From Christensenella sp. UBA6406 (GTDB lineage: Bacteria > Bacillota > Clostridia > Christensenellales > UBA1242), in NCBI GenBank assembly GCA_002438625.1, contig DJPS01000023.1:1-56357 (forward strand): a stretch of DNA of 56,357 nt, given 5' to 3'. Below are positions 1-11,019 of the stretch, one piece after another. Within the stretch, counting starts at the first letter, position 1; each line of letters starts with the position of its first letter. The translations under genes and the position numbers were made by a program. The notes under the pieces were generated by a model. That model was not told the origin of the DNA. It saw only the letters and a program-made list of their open reading frames with translations, and made no database searches.

Positions 1-128
1 TTTTTTAAAAAAAATTAAAAAATCTTTAATATTTTGCAACATTCACCCCAAAAGCGCCACAATTTTAAACAGTTTCATTTATATTTGTTTAATAAGTGGG
101 CTTGTAATCCAATAAATAGTATAAATTA

Positions 129-171
129 TAAAAAAATAGGGAAAATAATTCTACAATTAAATTATTTTACC
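129..171 (-). terminator. Rho-independent terminator downstream of yajC
   Basis: On the - strand, arms GGTAAAATAATTT / AATTATTTTCCC pair at 12 of 13 positions around an 8-nt loop, followed by TATTTTTTT. The hairpin starts 38 nt after the yajC stop. Confidence 0.6.
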
Positions 172-208
172 TATTATTTTCAATTTATTGACCCATTAAG
201 ATATAATT

Positions 209-598
209 CTACTTTTCTTCTTTTTTATCATTACTTGCGATCTCAGTTTTTAATCCAAGTTCTTCTGCAAATAATTCTGCATTATCTTTTTCATCAATAG
301 CATAAACTGATGCTAAATCAATACTCATAAAACTTTCTTTGCCTTTTTCACCTGTTTTAATTAGAGCGACTTTTGAGCCATCTAGTGCATCTCTAATTTC
401 AACAATTTCGCCATACACGCCTGCAAAAGTTTTAACTTTAACCCCCACTGTCAATTTTGACATTAAATTTTGAGTTTCTTGTGTATATTTACCTTTTCTT
501 AAAACGCCCATAACCAAAGATGCAACAACAATCACAAGCAAAATAGCAGGTAAAATCCAATTAGAAAAACCTGTGTTTGCAAATAATAAGTTTGACAT
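209..598 (-). CDS. yajC: Preprotein translocase subunit YajC
   Basis: 129 aa with one N-terminal TM helix (ILPAILLVIVVASLV) followed by a YajC-like KLTVGVKVKTFAGVYGEIVEI segment. It is the last gene of the conserved queA-tgt-yajC arrangement. GGAG lies 6 nt upstream of the ATG. Confidence 0.8.
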   Translation of the reverse strand: MSNLLFANTGFSNWILPAILLVIVVASLVMGVLRKGKYTQETQNLMSKLTVGVKVKTFAGVYGEIVEIRDALDGSKVALIKTGEKGKESFMSIDLASVYAIDEKDNAELFAEELGLKTEIASNDKKEEK

Positions 599-753
599 AA
601 TTCTCTCCTTTATAAATTTATTTAAGTTTATTTTTCTTCAACTTCAATTAATAATTATATATGCAAAAATTAATTTTGTCAAAAGAAAATAGGTCTTTTT
701 TCAACTTTTTGCAAATTTAGCATAATTTCAATACTATATTTATTTAATTTTCA

Positions 754-1893
<1,140 letters not shown>

Positions 1894-2016
1894 TTATTCT
1901 CTTTAAATTATTCCTTATTTTATATATCTTAAATCTAACCATAGTTAATTGCTTTTAAAGAACAGAGCAGTTAATACTTAATTATACAATTTTATTATCT
2001 TCGCATCTCCAGCATT

Positions 2017-3057
2017 TTAAGGATGGATAAACGTAGCATCGCCAAAACTGAAAAATCTATATTTTTCTTTTACTGCTAAATTGTAAATTTTCATAGTGTT
2101 ATCAATCCCACAAAAAGCACTAACAAGCATTATTAGCGTGCTTTCGGGTAAATGGAAATTTGTAATTAATGCATCTACAATTTTAAATTTATAAGATGGA
2201 TAGATAAATATATTAGTGTATCCACTACCTGCCACAAGCACACCATCTTGTGTTGAAGCACTCTCAAGTACTCTAACACTTGTGGTTCCAACAGCAACAA
2301 TTCTTTGACCATTTTTCTTTGCATTATTTATTATTTCACATTCTATTTCGCCTATTTGATAATATTCACTATGCATTGTATGTTCTAAAATGTTGTCCGC
2401 TTTAACAGGTCTAAATGTACCAACACCTACATGTAAAAGCACCTCAACAATTTTCACGCCTTTTGCTTTAATTCTTTCTAATAACTCAGTTGTAAAGTGC
2501 AATCCAGCAGTTGGAGCAGCGGAAGAGCCTTCATCCTTAGCATAAACTGTTTGATATCTCTCAATTTTTGTTTCATTATTTTTTATATAATGAGGTAGTG
2601 GCATTGTTCCAACCTTATATAAAATCTCTTCAAAAACGCCATTAAAAATAAACTCTACAACTCTTGCACCATAATCGCCATCTTCAACAATCTTACACGA
2701 CAGTTCATCACTAATCTTTATTAAGCAACCAACTTTCGCCCTTTTTGCGGGTTTGACAAGGACTTCCCAATGAGTTAAATCAATTCTTTTTTGCAATAAT
2801 ATTTCAATTTTTGCACCCGTATCAATTTTTTCACCAAATAACCTTGCAGGCAACACTTTCGTTTTATTTACAACTAAAATATCGTTTGGTTTTAAATAAT
2901 CAATAATGTCATAAAAATGTTTATGCGCAACTGTGTCGTTTGTTTTATCGTAAACTAAAAGCCTTGATGAATCTCTTGGTTCAACGGGTTTTTGTGCTAT
3001 CAACTCTTCGGGTAATTCATAATAATAATTGTGTTTATTATATATATCTTTTTCCAT
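2017..3057 (-). CDS. queA: S-adenosylmethionine:tRNA ribosyltransferase-isomerase
   Basis: 346 aa. QueA-type N-terminus YELPEELIAQKPVEPRDSSRLLV and the AAPTAGLHFT motif. The start abuts the ruvB stop. Confidence 0.95.
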   Translation of the reverse strand: MEKDIYNKHNYYYELPEELIAQKPVEPRDSSRLLVYDKTNDTVAHKHFYDIIDYLKPNDILVVNKTKVLPARLFGEKIDTGAKIEILLQKRIDLTHWEVLVKPAKRAKVGCLIKISDELSCKIVEDGDYGARVVEFIFNGVFEEILYKVGTMPLPHYIKNNETKIERYQTVYAKDEGSSAAPTAGLHFTTELLERIKAKGVKIVEVLLHVGVGTFRPVKADNILEHTMHSEYYQIGEIECEIINNAKKNGQRIVAVGTTSVRVLESASTQDGVLVAGSGYTNIFIYPSYKFKIVDALITNFHLPESTLIMLVSAFCGIDNTMKIYNLAVKEKYRFFSFGDATFIHP

Positions 3058-4101
3058 TTAATCTTCAACCTTTATATCGTTTAATTGTTTCTCTTTTTCA
3101 CTTGATAGTTGCTTTCCTAAATGCTTGTACGCAATAGGCATTGCAACTCTACCACGTGGTGTCCTTGCTATAAATCCTAATTGAAGAAGATATGGTTCAT
3201 AAACATCTTCAATGGTAACGGCATCTTCACCAGATGACGCTGATAATGTATCCACGCCAACGGGTCCACCATCAAACTTATCTATCATTATGCTCAATAT
3301 TCGCCTATCCACAAAATCAAGCCCAAGTTCATCCACTTCCATTCTGTCTAGTGCTTCATCTGTAAGTGCCTTATCTATTTTTCCTGAACCCTTAACATCT
3401 GCATAATCCCTAATTCTCTTTAAAAATCTATTTGCAATTCTTGGCGTCCCACGGCTTCGTTTTGCAAGCTCTAAGGATGCATCACTTGTAATATCAATTT
3501 TTAAAATTTTCGCACTTCTTTCAATTATTGTTGCTAAATCCTTTGGGTTATAAAGCTCCAATCTTTCTATTATTCCAAACCTATCTCTAAGTGGAGATGT
3601 TAGCATTCCCGCTCTTGTTGTTGCACCAATAAGTGTAAATGGTTTTAATTTTAATCTCATACTTCTTGCTGATGGTCCTTTACCCACAACAAAATCAAGT
3701 GCAAAATCTTCCATTGCTGGATATAGAATTTCTTCAACATTTCTATTAAGCCTATGAATCTCATCGATAAATAACACATCATTAGCATTTAAATTACTTA
3801 GTATGGCAGCCAAATCGGCAGCGTGTTCAATGGCGAGGCCAGAAGTGATTTTTATTTGCGTTCCTAATTCGTTTGCTATAATGTGTGATAGTGTGGTTTT
3901 ACCAAGACCTGGTGGACCATAAAGTAAAACATGGTCAAGTGCTTCACCTCTTTTTTTTGCGGCTTGAATGTATATGCCCAAATTTTCTTTAACTTTATCT
4001 TGCCCAATGTATTCGGAAATATTTATAGGTCTTAATGATTGCTCTATATCTCCATCACTTGCATTTTTTGTGCTTGCGACAAATCTGTTACTCTCTATCA
4101 T
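3058..4101 (-). CDS. ruvB: Holliday junction branch migration helicase RuvB
   Basis: 347 aa. Walker [11 protein letters not shown], Walker B FIDEIHRL, and RuvB-type C-terminal winged helix. Confidence 0.95.
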   Translation of the reverse strand: MIESNRFVASTKNASDGDIEQSLRPINISEYIGQDKVKENLGIYIQAAKKRGEALDHVLLYGPPGLGKTTLSHIIANELGTQIKITSGLAIEHAADLAAILSNLNANDVLFIDEIHRLNRNVEEILYPAMEDFALDFVVGKGPSARSMRLKLKPFTLIGATTRAGMLTSPLRDRFGIIERLELYNPKDLATIIERSAKILKIDITSDASLELAKRSRGTPRIANRFLKRIRDYADVKGSGKIDKALTDEALDRMEVDELGLDFVDRRILSIMIDKFDGGPVGVDTLSASSGEDAVTIEDVYEPYLLQLGFIARTPRGRVAMPIAYKHLGKQLSSEKEKQLNDIKVED

Positions 4102-4124
4102 TTATATCAACTTAAACTCCTTGC

Positions 4125-4724
4125 TTACTTTCCTATGCTTCTTAAACTATCTTGCAAAAGTTCTTCAACCGTAGTATTATCTTTATAATTCAATTTTGCA
4201 ACCTGCATTGCCTCGCCTTTATTTAGCCCTAGCGAAACCAAAATTTCACATACTTCATTTATCATGCTTTCATTATATTGTGTATTTGATAGAGGTATAT
4301 CACTATCCATAGCATACCCAAAGGCATCAATTTTATCTTTTAATTCAACTATTATTCGTTCTGCCGTTTTTTTACCACAACCTTTAACTTTACTCAACAT
4401 ACTTATATCAGCACTTATAATCGCTATACCTAAATCGTTTAATCTTATTCCACTAAGAATTTGTAATGCCATTTTAGGACCTACACCACTTACGGAAATT
4501 AAATCTAGGAACATCCTTTTTTCTTCTATTGTTGCAAAACCATACAAACTAACACCATCTTCTCTAACTTGAAAATATGTAAATATTTTTACTTCTTCAC
4601 CTTCATTTGGTAAACCGCATAAGGTGTTGTTTGATATATTTATTTCGTAACCTATTCCATTATTGTCTACAACAATATATGGCTCTTTTTTTATTTCTAA
4701 AATTCCTTTTATATAGTTAAACAT
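4125..4724 (-). CDS. ruvA: Holliday junction DNA-binding protein RuvA
   Basis: 199 aa. N-terminus MFNYIKGIL...GIGYEI and HhH repeats (VSGVGPKMAL, VKGCGKKTAERI). Positioned in ruvC-ruvA-ruvB order. Confidence 0.9.
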   Translation of the reverse strand: MFNYIKGILEIKKEPYIVVDNNGIGYEINISNNTLCGLPNEGEEVKIFTYFQVREDGVSLYGFATIEEKRMFLDLISVSGVGPKMALQILSGIRLNDLGIAIISADISMLSKVKGCGKKTAERIIVELKDKIDAFGYAMDSDIPLSNTQYNESMINEVCEILVSLGLNKGEAMQVAKLNYKDNTTVEELLQDSLRSIGK

Positions 4725-4748
4725 TTTTAAACTATCCTTGTATTTATT

Positions 4749-5243
4749 TTAAACTTTATTGCTATTTAAAACATTATTTGTTTGTAAATGACATATAGCA
4801 ACAGCCAAAGCATCGGCAGCATCATCTGGTCGTGGCAATTTTTCAAGCCCCAAAATTGCTTGAACCATTAATTGCATTTGCTTCTTTTCCGCTCTCCCGT
4901 TCCCTGTTATTGCTTGTTTTATTTGTAAAGGTGTATATTCATATAATTCATCCATTTTTTGCTTACACGCTAGCAAAATCACACCCCTTGCCTGTGCAAC
5001 TTTAATGCCTGTAGTTATGTTCGTATTAAAAAACAATTCTTCTATTGCTACGGACTCGGGTTTATAGGTTTCAATAAGGTGAATAATTGAATCATATATT
5101 TCTTGCAATCTTTCCGTTATACCATTTTCTTTTGATGTTGATATAACACCATAATCAATTACATTATAAACACCGTAACTTCCACTTTCTATCACACCAA
5201 AACCAACAATTCCATATCCAGGGTCAATACCTAAAACAATCAT
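4749..5243 (-). CDS. ruvC: Crossover junction endodeoxyribonuclease RuvC
   Basis: Start re-called to the ATG at 5243, giving MIVLGIDPGYGIVGFGVIE, which matches the conserved RuvC N-terminus including the catalytic Asp in GIDPG. The 33-aa upstream extension in the ORF track has no homology signal. Confidence 0.85.
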   Translation of the reverse strand: MIVLGIDPGYGIVGFGVIESGSYGVYNVIDYGVISTSKENGITERLQEIYDSIIHLIETYKPESVAIEELFFNTNITTGIKVAQARGVILLACKQKMDELYEYTPLQIKQAITGNGRAEKKQMQLMVQAILGLEKLPRPDDAADALAVAICHLQTNNVLNSNKV

Positions 5244-5250
5244 AGTAAAT

Positions 5251-5279
5251 AGTATAATAAAAAATTGCAAATTAGTCAA
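5251..5279 (-). promoter_or_regulatory. Sigma-A-type promoter of ruvC with the -10 box 7 nt from the ATG
   Basis: On the - strand: TTGACT (5279-5274), 17-nt spacer, TATACT (5256-5251), ATTTACT, then ATG (5243). No SD is present between the -10 box and the start. Confidence 0.6.
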
Positions 5280-5424
5280 GTGTTTGAAAGTATGTTTGCG
5301 ATATATTTCACCAGTGAAACAAATTAATGTAACCAGACACAAAAAACTTTACAGATTAATCATTATTATAAATTTGTCCGTAAAGTTTTTTTACTTATAA
5401 CTAAATTTACTATGAAATACTTTA

Positions 5425-7341
5425 TTACTTTTCTTGTGGAATTTGTTTTATAACACTTTTTTCTTTATGCTCTTTTTTTGCTTGCACAAAAGATTTTGAG
5501 TCTCCACTTTTTTTTAGTTTATCCACAGTCCTACTTCTCATTTGCTTTAATTCTACAAGGGTATCTAATTCATTTAGCATTTCATTCATCTCATTAAACA
5601 TTACTTCAAATGGCTTACCATCACTTAAATCAATACCCATTTCTCTTACTTGCTCATCAGGAAAACTGCTAGAACCCTTGCTTAAAAATTCCAAATATTT
5701 TGCCTGCATTTCTTTATCGCCTTTTAAAATTTTTGAAGCTATTAAATAGGCACATGTAAAACTTGTCGCATAATTAAATACATAGTACGTATAGTACATA
5801 AAATGATAAATTTCAATAAAGCTTATACCTTTTTTAAACTTCTCCATATCGACACACTTATCAAACGCTTTACCATTATACTTTTGTAATAATTCATACC
5901 ATTTTCCACATAGAATGTCTATTGTTATTGGCTCGCCTTTTTCAGCAAGCCCATACGCAAAGTCCTCAAACTCCGTGTAAAGCGTTTGCGTTATCACTGT
6001 ACCAATGAAATTATCAAGCAACTTTTCTAAATAATAGATTTTTTCATCTATATTATTTGTATGTTCTAACATATAACGAGAAAGTAAAAACTCGTTTATT
6101 GTACTGGCTATTTCAGCTGTATAAGTATAACAACCCGCATTTGGTCGTGTTTGTTTTTTTAATGTGTAATTAAAATTTACTGCGTGTCCAAACTCGTGTG
6201 CCAAAGCACTTAAACTATCAATGTCATAATTTTGTTGCATAAATACATAAGGTTGTTTCATTGAATAATCAAATGTTGCAAATGTTCTATCACCCTTTCC
6301 ATCTTCGGCATATAAATCAAACCAATGATTGTCTACTGCAATATCAACATTTTTAACATATTCTTCACCAAGTGGCAACAACACTTTCTTTAATATTTCA
6401 AGTTGTTCTTCTATTGAATATTTCTTTTCAATCCCTTTAACCGTAGGTATATATGAATCAAAAGAATAATATTCTTTAAAGCCCAAAGCACGCCTTCTTA
6501 TTGAGTGGAACTTCTCCTTAAAGTCCAAATTTTGATTTACAACCCTTAATAATGAATGATAAACATCTTCAGGTATTTTTTCGCTTTCTAGTGATGCAGA
6601 AAGAACAGAATCGTATTTTCTTATTTTTAAATCAGCACAATCAGCCTTCAATTTGTAGATATAAGCCGTAATTGCAGAATTTGCAACATCACTTAATGCT
6701 TCAATGCTATTATACGATGCTTGTTTTCTAACTTCCCTATCTTCATTAGTTAGGAATGTTATTAGGTTTGCATTTGTTAATTTCTCTTCTTTTCCATTTA
6801 CAATTACAGGTTTAAATTTTCTATCTCTTTCCATTGCTTGCCTATATACTTCGCTATAACCACCAAGTGAAGATGATACAAGTGCAAAAATATTTTCTTC
6901 TTCTGTGCTTAAAACATGTTTTCTTGAATCTTTCACCCTTGTTAATTTAATTTTATAATCACTGAACGCAAGGTCATTTATACATTCTGCTAAATACCCC
7001 TCAGTTTGTTTTGACAACTCTGTCATAAGTGGACTCAATTTAATATTCATTTGTTCACCAAATAAATCTATAACATCAGCACGTTTTGCTATTTCTTCAT
7101 CATTTTTGTCCAAATCTTGCTTACAAAAAATATACATCTCTGGTTTTTCCAAATCTAAAAACATCTTAGTTTGTAGTTGTAAATATTCTAATAAAAACTT
7201 CTTATCACTCAATTTCCCAGCAAATTTATCAAATGCATTTTTATATAGTGATTTTTTATTCTCAAAATCCTTATCAAATTCTTCTAAATTTTTATAGTAA
7301 CGACTTAAATCCCATTTAAATCTATCATCTTTTTCTTCCAT
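5425..7341 (-). CDS. pepF: Oligoendopeptidase F (M3B metallopeptidase)
   Basis: 638 aa with zinc motif HEFGH in ALAHEFGHAV. AGGAG lies 5 nt upstream of the ATG. The last ~45 aa form a Lys-rich tail. Confidence 0.85.
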   Translation of the reverse strand: MEEKDDRFKWDLSRYYKNLEEFDKDFENKKSLYKNAFDKFAGKLSDKKFLLEYLQLQTKMFLDLEKPEMYIFCKQDLDKNDEEIAKRADVIDLFGEQMNIKLSPLMTELSKQTEGYLAECINDLAFSDYKIKLTRVKDSRKHVLSTEEENIFALVSSSLGGYSEVYRQAMERDRKFKPVIVNGKEEKLTNANLITFLTNEDREVRKQASYNSIEALSDVANSAITAYIYKLKADCADLKIRKYDSVLSASLESEKIPEDVYHSLLRVVNQNLDFKEKFHSIRRRALGFKEYYSFDSYIPTVKGIEKKYSIEEQLEILKKVLLPLGEEYVKNVDIAVDNHWFDLYAEDGKGDRTFATFDYSMKQPYVFMQQNYDIDSLSALAHEFGHAVNFNYTLKKQTRPNAGCYTYTAEIASTINEFLLSRYMLEHTNNIDEKIYYLEKLLDNFIGTVITQTLYTEFEDFAYGLAEKGEPITIDILCGKWYELLQKYNGKAFDKCVDMEKFKKGISFIEIYHFMYYTYYVFNYATSFTCAYLIASKILKGDKEMQAKYLEFLSKGSSSFPDEQVREMGIDLSDGKPFEVMFNEMNEMLNELDTLVELKQMRSRTVDKLKKSGDSKSFVQAKKEHKEKSVIKQIPQEK

Positions 7342-7422
7342 ACTTGCTCCTGAAGTTTTGCTTTTTACTTAATTCATTATACTTTGAATTATGGTATAAA
7401 AATCAACTTTTGCCAATCTTTT

Positions 7423-8901
7423 CTACCATTCTATGTCATCATTATTTAAAAATGTAGGTTCACTTGTTACTGATATGCGAAGTAACTTTAAAATTCGCTC
7501 TTCCTTTGCCGATAGAATATAACTTGAATGTAGATCACACCCTTTTAGCTCTTCCAACTTTTGCAACGCTATTGTTGCATCTTTATCATAATTTGAACAA
7601 ATTGATAATGCAACTAAAACATCTTCAATAGACAAAGATTTAACATTTGTATCAAAAGTTTTAGCTTTAAGATCTAAAATAGGCATAAATATTTTATTGT
7701 CTATTATAATCTTCTCATCATCAATCTGTGCTAAAAATTTAATAGCATTTAGGATGCAAGCACTTGTCGCACTTATTATATTTTTCATCTTACCATGCAC
7801 AATTTCGCCAGTTTTCAACCTTAAACTTACAACAGGCAACATGCACTCATTTGTAACTTTTTTATTTTCAATAGCGATAATCCGTTCTTCTTCTTTAAGA
7901 CCCGCCTTGCTCATTAGCATTTTTAATCTTTCCAAAGTTTCAGCGTCAATTTGTCCCTTTACAAATTGAACTTTGCCAATCATATAACGCCTTATAATCT
8001 CTTCTTCACTAGCCTTTCTTACAATTTCGTTGTTGCAAATAGCAAAGCCAGCCTTATTTACACCCATATCAGTCGGTGACTTGTAATCACTCTTTCCGCT
8101 TATCTTTTCTAAAATTTTCTTTAGAACAGGAAACAACTCCAAATCTCTATTGTAATTAACAGCATTTTCTCCATATGCTTGAAGATGATAAAAATCAATC
8201 ATATTCACATCTTTTAAATCTGCCGTTGCACTTTCATATGCTATGTTCACTGGGTTATCTAGTGATAAATTCCATATAGGGAAAGTTTCAAATTTTGCAT
8301 AGCCAGCTTTTACGCCCCTTTTATATTCGTGATAAAGCTGACATAAACAAGTTGCAAGTTTTCCACTAGCTGGCCCTGGTGCAGTTACCACAACCACAGG
8401 CTTTGTAGTCTCAATATATGGGTTTTTACCATAACCTTCTTCACTAACAATCGTATCTACATCATCAGGATACCCCTTTGTGAATGTGTGAAAATAAACA
8501 CGCTCACCTTTGCACTTTAATTCATTAGCGAACTTATCAACTTGTGTCTGTCCTTCATAAAGTGTTATTACAACAGCACTCACATAAAGCCCGCAATTCC
8601 TAAGCCTATTCATAAGTCTGAACACTTCCTGACTATAACTAGTCCCATAATCTGCACGTATTTTATTCCTTACAATATCCTTTGAACTTATGCAAAATAT
8701 AATTTCACTTTTATCTTTAATCTTTTCTAACACTTTAATTTTTGCATCAGGCTGAAAACCTGGCAAAACTCTTGATGCATGTAAGTCATCAAACAATTTA
8801 CCACCAAATTCAATATATATTTTATTAAATTTTTTTGTTCTATTTAATATTTCTTTGCTTTGAAGTTTTATATATTTTGCATTATCAAACCCATCTATCA
8901 T
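7423..8901 (-). CDS. UPF0371/DUF1846 family protein
   Basis: 492 aa. N-terminal FDNAKYIKLQS...IYIEFGGKLFDDLHASRVLPGF is typical of UPF0371. The track start at 8904 is TTG; the ATG at 8901 has AGGAG 7 nt upstream. Confidence 0.75.
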   Translation of the reverse strand: MIDGFDNAKYIKLQSKEILNRTKKFNKIYIEFGGKLFDDLHASRVLPGFQPDAKIKVLEKIKDKSEIIFCISSKDIVRNKIRADYGTSYSQEVFRLMNRLRNCGLYVSAVVITLYEGQTQVDKFANELKCKGERVYFHTFTKGYPDDVDTIVSEEGYGKNPYIETTKPVVVVTAPGPASGKLATCLCQLYHEYKRGVKAGYAKFETFPIWNLSLDNPVNIAYESATADLKDVNMIDFYHLQAYGENAVNYNRDLELFPVLKKILEKISGKSDYKSPTDMGVNKAGFAICNNEIVRKASEEEIIRRYMIGKVQFVKGQIDAETLERLKMLMSKAGLKEEERIIAIENKKVTNECMLPVVSLRLKTGEIVHGKMKNIISATSACILNAIKFLAQIDDEKIIIDNKIFMPILDLKAKTFDTNVKSLSIEDVLVALSICSNYDKDATIALQKLEELKGCDLHSSYILSAKEERILKLLRISVTSEPTFLNNDDIEW

Positions 8902-9031
8902 CAATCCATCTCCTAAACTTTTTCATTACTTACATTAAAATTGAATTTATTAAGTTTTAAGCATTTTTAGCGGTTATTTTTATTAAATTGTTTAAATTCT
9001 TTACAATTATTTATCAACCACAAAAAGACCA

Positions 9032-9406
9032 TTACATCTTTAACAAATTGCTAATTTCTTGCAATGATTTCCCCTTAAAACTATCATTGCCTCGAGGCAA
9101 TATATGAAAATGCAAATGAGGCACTTCTTGCCCTGCAGTTTCGCCGTTATTGACTTGTAAATTAAAGCCTTTAAATCCCAAATCATCTACATAATGATTC
9201 GCAATCAATTTTACTGCATTTACAACTTTACATAAATTAACCTCATCTATATCCAAAATATTTTTAAAATGTTTTTTAGGCACTACCAGAGTATGCCCTA
9301 CAACCTTTCCATTTATATCCAAAAAAGCATAAACATCTTCATTTTCATATATTTTATACGAAGGAATTTCACCCTTAATTATTTTGCAAAAAATACAATC
9401 ATCCAT
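9032..9406 (-). CDS. HIT family (histidine triad) nucleotide hydrolase
   Basis: CIFCKII...IPSYKIYE N-terminus and the histidine triad HLHFHILP. The track start at 9418 is a GTG lying inside the SD GGGTGG; the ATG at 9406 is 7 nt downstream of that SD. Confidence 0.85.
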   Translation of the reverse strand: MDDCIFCKIIKGEIPSYKIYENEDVYAFLDINGKVVGHTLVVPKKHFKNILDIDEVNLCKVVNAVKLIANHYVDDLGFKGFNLQVNNGETAGQEVPHLHFHILPRGNDSFKGKSLQEISNLLKM

Positions 9407-9452
9407 AATTTTATCCACCCTTTCAATATTATTTAACTATTAATAACAAAAT

Positions 9453-10196
9453 TTAAATTTCCTTGTAAAACTTTACAAACATATTTAGCAAATTTTCATA
9501 CATTTGCTTTATTGGCTTAATTCTATTAGCGTAATCATTTAAAGAAATTTCCAAAGCATAAAGAATCTTCTTGTTGTTAATCCTAACAGCATCCAAACAC
9601 GCATCTAAAATTACTTCTAATTTTTCTTTTTTATCATCAGTAATTTTGGGACTTATCTTCACAACATTCATCATTGCTTGAATGTGCTTTATAAGTTGAA
9701 CTTTTATTTCAATATTTTGTTCATTATTCACTATTTGCTCTTCTTCAATCGCAATCGTTGGAGCATCATAAAGACCAAAATTTTTAAGTGTTTCATCTCT
9801 AAATGGAATCATAACCTCTCTTGTAAAATGTCCATATTCATCGCCATCTTTATCATTTTTAAAATATTTGACAACAAAGTCATAAAAATCTATTCTTTTG
9901 TTATCTGCTTCAACCAAAAGGCAAAATACAAGTGCAACTTTCTTATACCCCTCACTTGGCATTTTAAAATAATTTTTTGTAAAATCCACACCCTTTGCTT
10001 TTTCAAATTCCTTTTGAAAGTCAAAATTTAAAAGGCATTCAGCAATATATCCATATAATTCCTTTGAATTTGCAATAGATTTTAAAATTTTAGCAATTTT
10101 TATATCTGATAAAATAAACTTCCCATTTATCATCTCATTGCAATTATCTTCAAATTGTTTTATCTTTACTAATTCTTCGTTACTTATCTTTTTCAC
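9453..10196 (-). CDS. Hypothetical protein (247 aa, soluble, predicted helical)
   Basis: Long uninterrupted ORF. GTG start with GGAG 5 nt upstream and its own promoter. I recognise no motif. Confidence 0.6.
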   Translation of the reverse strand: MKKISNEELVKIKQFEDNCNEMINGKFILSDIKIAKILKSIANSKELYGYIAECLLNFDFQKEFEKAKGVDFTKNYFKMPSEGYKKVALVFCLLVEADNKRIDFYDFVVKYFKNDKDGDEYGHFTREVMIPFRDETLKNFGLYDAPTIAIEEEQIVNNEQNIEIKVQLIKHIQAMMNVVKISPKITDDKKEKLEVILDACLDAVRINNKKILYALEISLNDYANRIKPIKQMYENLLNMFVKFYKEI

Positions 10197-10229
10197 TTTA
10201 TCTCCACATATAATTAAAATGATAGATAT

Positions 10230-10258
10230 ATCATACCATATTTTGATAATTTTTACAA
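10230..10258 (-). promoter_or_regulatory. Promoter of the 247-aa hypothetical gene
   Basis: On the - strand: TTGTAA (10258-10253), 17-nt spacer ending in TGG (extended -10), TATGAT (10235-10230). It lies about 27 nt upstream of the GTG start. Confidence 0.55.
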
Positions 10259-10324
10259 TTATTTTGACAAATTAAATTAAATATTTTTGTTTCGAAAAAA
10301 GTTAAATTTTTAAATCAATAATAC

Positions 10325-10353
10325 TTGAAAAATAGATGTAAGTGTGCTAAACT
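10325..10353 (+). promoter_or_regulatory. Promoter of the DUF4364-like gene
   Basis: TTGAAA (10325-10330), 17-nt spacer ending in TGC (extended -10), TAAACT (10348-10353). Confidence 0.55.
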
Positions 10354-10397
10354 ATCATATGGAAATTTTATTTAATGCATTTAAAAGGTAAAAAGTA

Positions 10398-10958
10398 ATG
10401 AGAGAAAAAAACAAAAACAATAAAGAATATCAATTAGATAACACAGTCAACAAATTAGTCTTATTATTTGTAATGGAAAAAATGGAAATTCCACTTACAG
10501 AAAATAGCATTATGGACATTTGCACTAGCAGAAATGACTGGTTAAAATACATTGACTGCAAGGAAAACATTTCACAATTATTAGATGCTAAATTAATTTA
10601 CATACCAGAACCCCACCAAGATGAACCGCTTTATGCACTAACATACGAAGGTCAAAATTGTCTTTCACTATTTTTTCAAAACATTCCAATTACTTTGCGT
10701 GATGAAATTAGTGAATTTGCAAAACTAAACATCCAGCACATTAAAAGAAACCAAGAATACGTAAGCAATTATACAAAAATGGCAGATGGAAGCTATTTAA
10801 CAACTTTTACAATAAGAGACCCCCATCTTCAACAAGCGCTTTTTGAAATAAAAATAAAAATGGAAAGTCGCTCTCAAGCAATAAGTGCCTGCAAACGTTG
10901 GATTGATAAAGCTCCAGAGATATATGAATCAGTTTTCATTGGATTAATTGCCGATTAG
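10398..10958 (+). CDS. Putative winged-helix regulator, DUF4364-like
   Basis: 186 aa. N-terminal NKLVLLFVMEKMEIPLTENSIMDI resembles PadR/DUF4364-type wHTH proteins of Firmicutes. The family call is from memory only. Confidence 0.5.
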   Translation: MREKNKNNKEYQLDNTVNKLVLLFVMEKMEIPLTENSIMDICTSRNDWLKYIDCKENISQLLDAKLIYIPEPHQDEPLYALTYEGQNCLSLFFQNIPITLRDEISEFAKLNIQHIKRNQEYVSNYTKMADGSYLTTFTIRDPHLQQALFEIKIKMESRSQAISACKRWIDKAPEIYESVFIGLIAD

Positions 10959-10975
10959 AACACAAAAATAAAATA

Positions 10976-11019
10976 AGACTATTGAAATAATTTATATTTA
11001 TTTTCAATAGTCTTTTTAT
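10976..11019. terminator. Bidirectional terminator between the DUF4364-like gene and ligA
   Basis: Perfect 13-bp stem AAGACTATTGAAA (10976-10988) / TTTCAATAGTCTT (11003-11015). T-run on the + side and A-run on the other side, between convergent genes. Confidence 0.7.

Noticed and set aside
5244-5342. N-terminal extensions in the ORF track: ruvC 5244-5342, pcrA 15606-15713, mutS 48391-48456, topA 38585-38599, dprA 39804-39815, trmFO 36309-36314, mraZ 24753-24779, YtxH-like 30044-30088, UPF0371 8902-8904 and HIT 9407-9418.
   Set aside because: The track takes the most upstream ATG/GTG/TTG. Several of these 'starts' are TTG or GTG codons lying inside the real SD. Homology places the N-termini at the downstream starts.
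5341-5392. The inverted repeat AAAAAACTTTAC / GTAAAGTTTTTT after pepF as a terminator.
   Set aside because: The loop is 27 nt and half of the stem is A-U pairing between the flanking A and T runs. It is too weak to call confidently, although it may still contribute to termination upstream of the ruvC promoter.
10359-10391. A 10-codon ORF (MEILFNAFKR) begins 5 nt after the -10 box of the DUF4364-like gene promoter and ends 6 nt before that gene's ATG.
   Set aside because: It is intriguing as a possible leaderless uORF, but it is too short to separate from chance without TSS or ribosome-profiling data.
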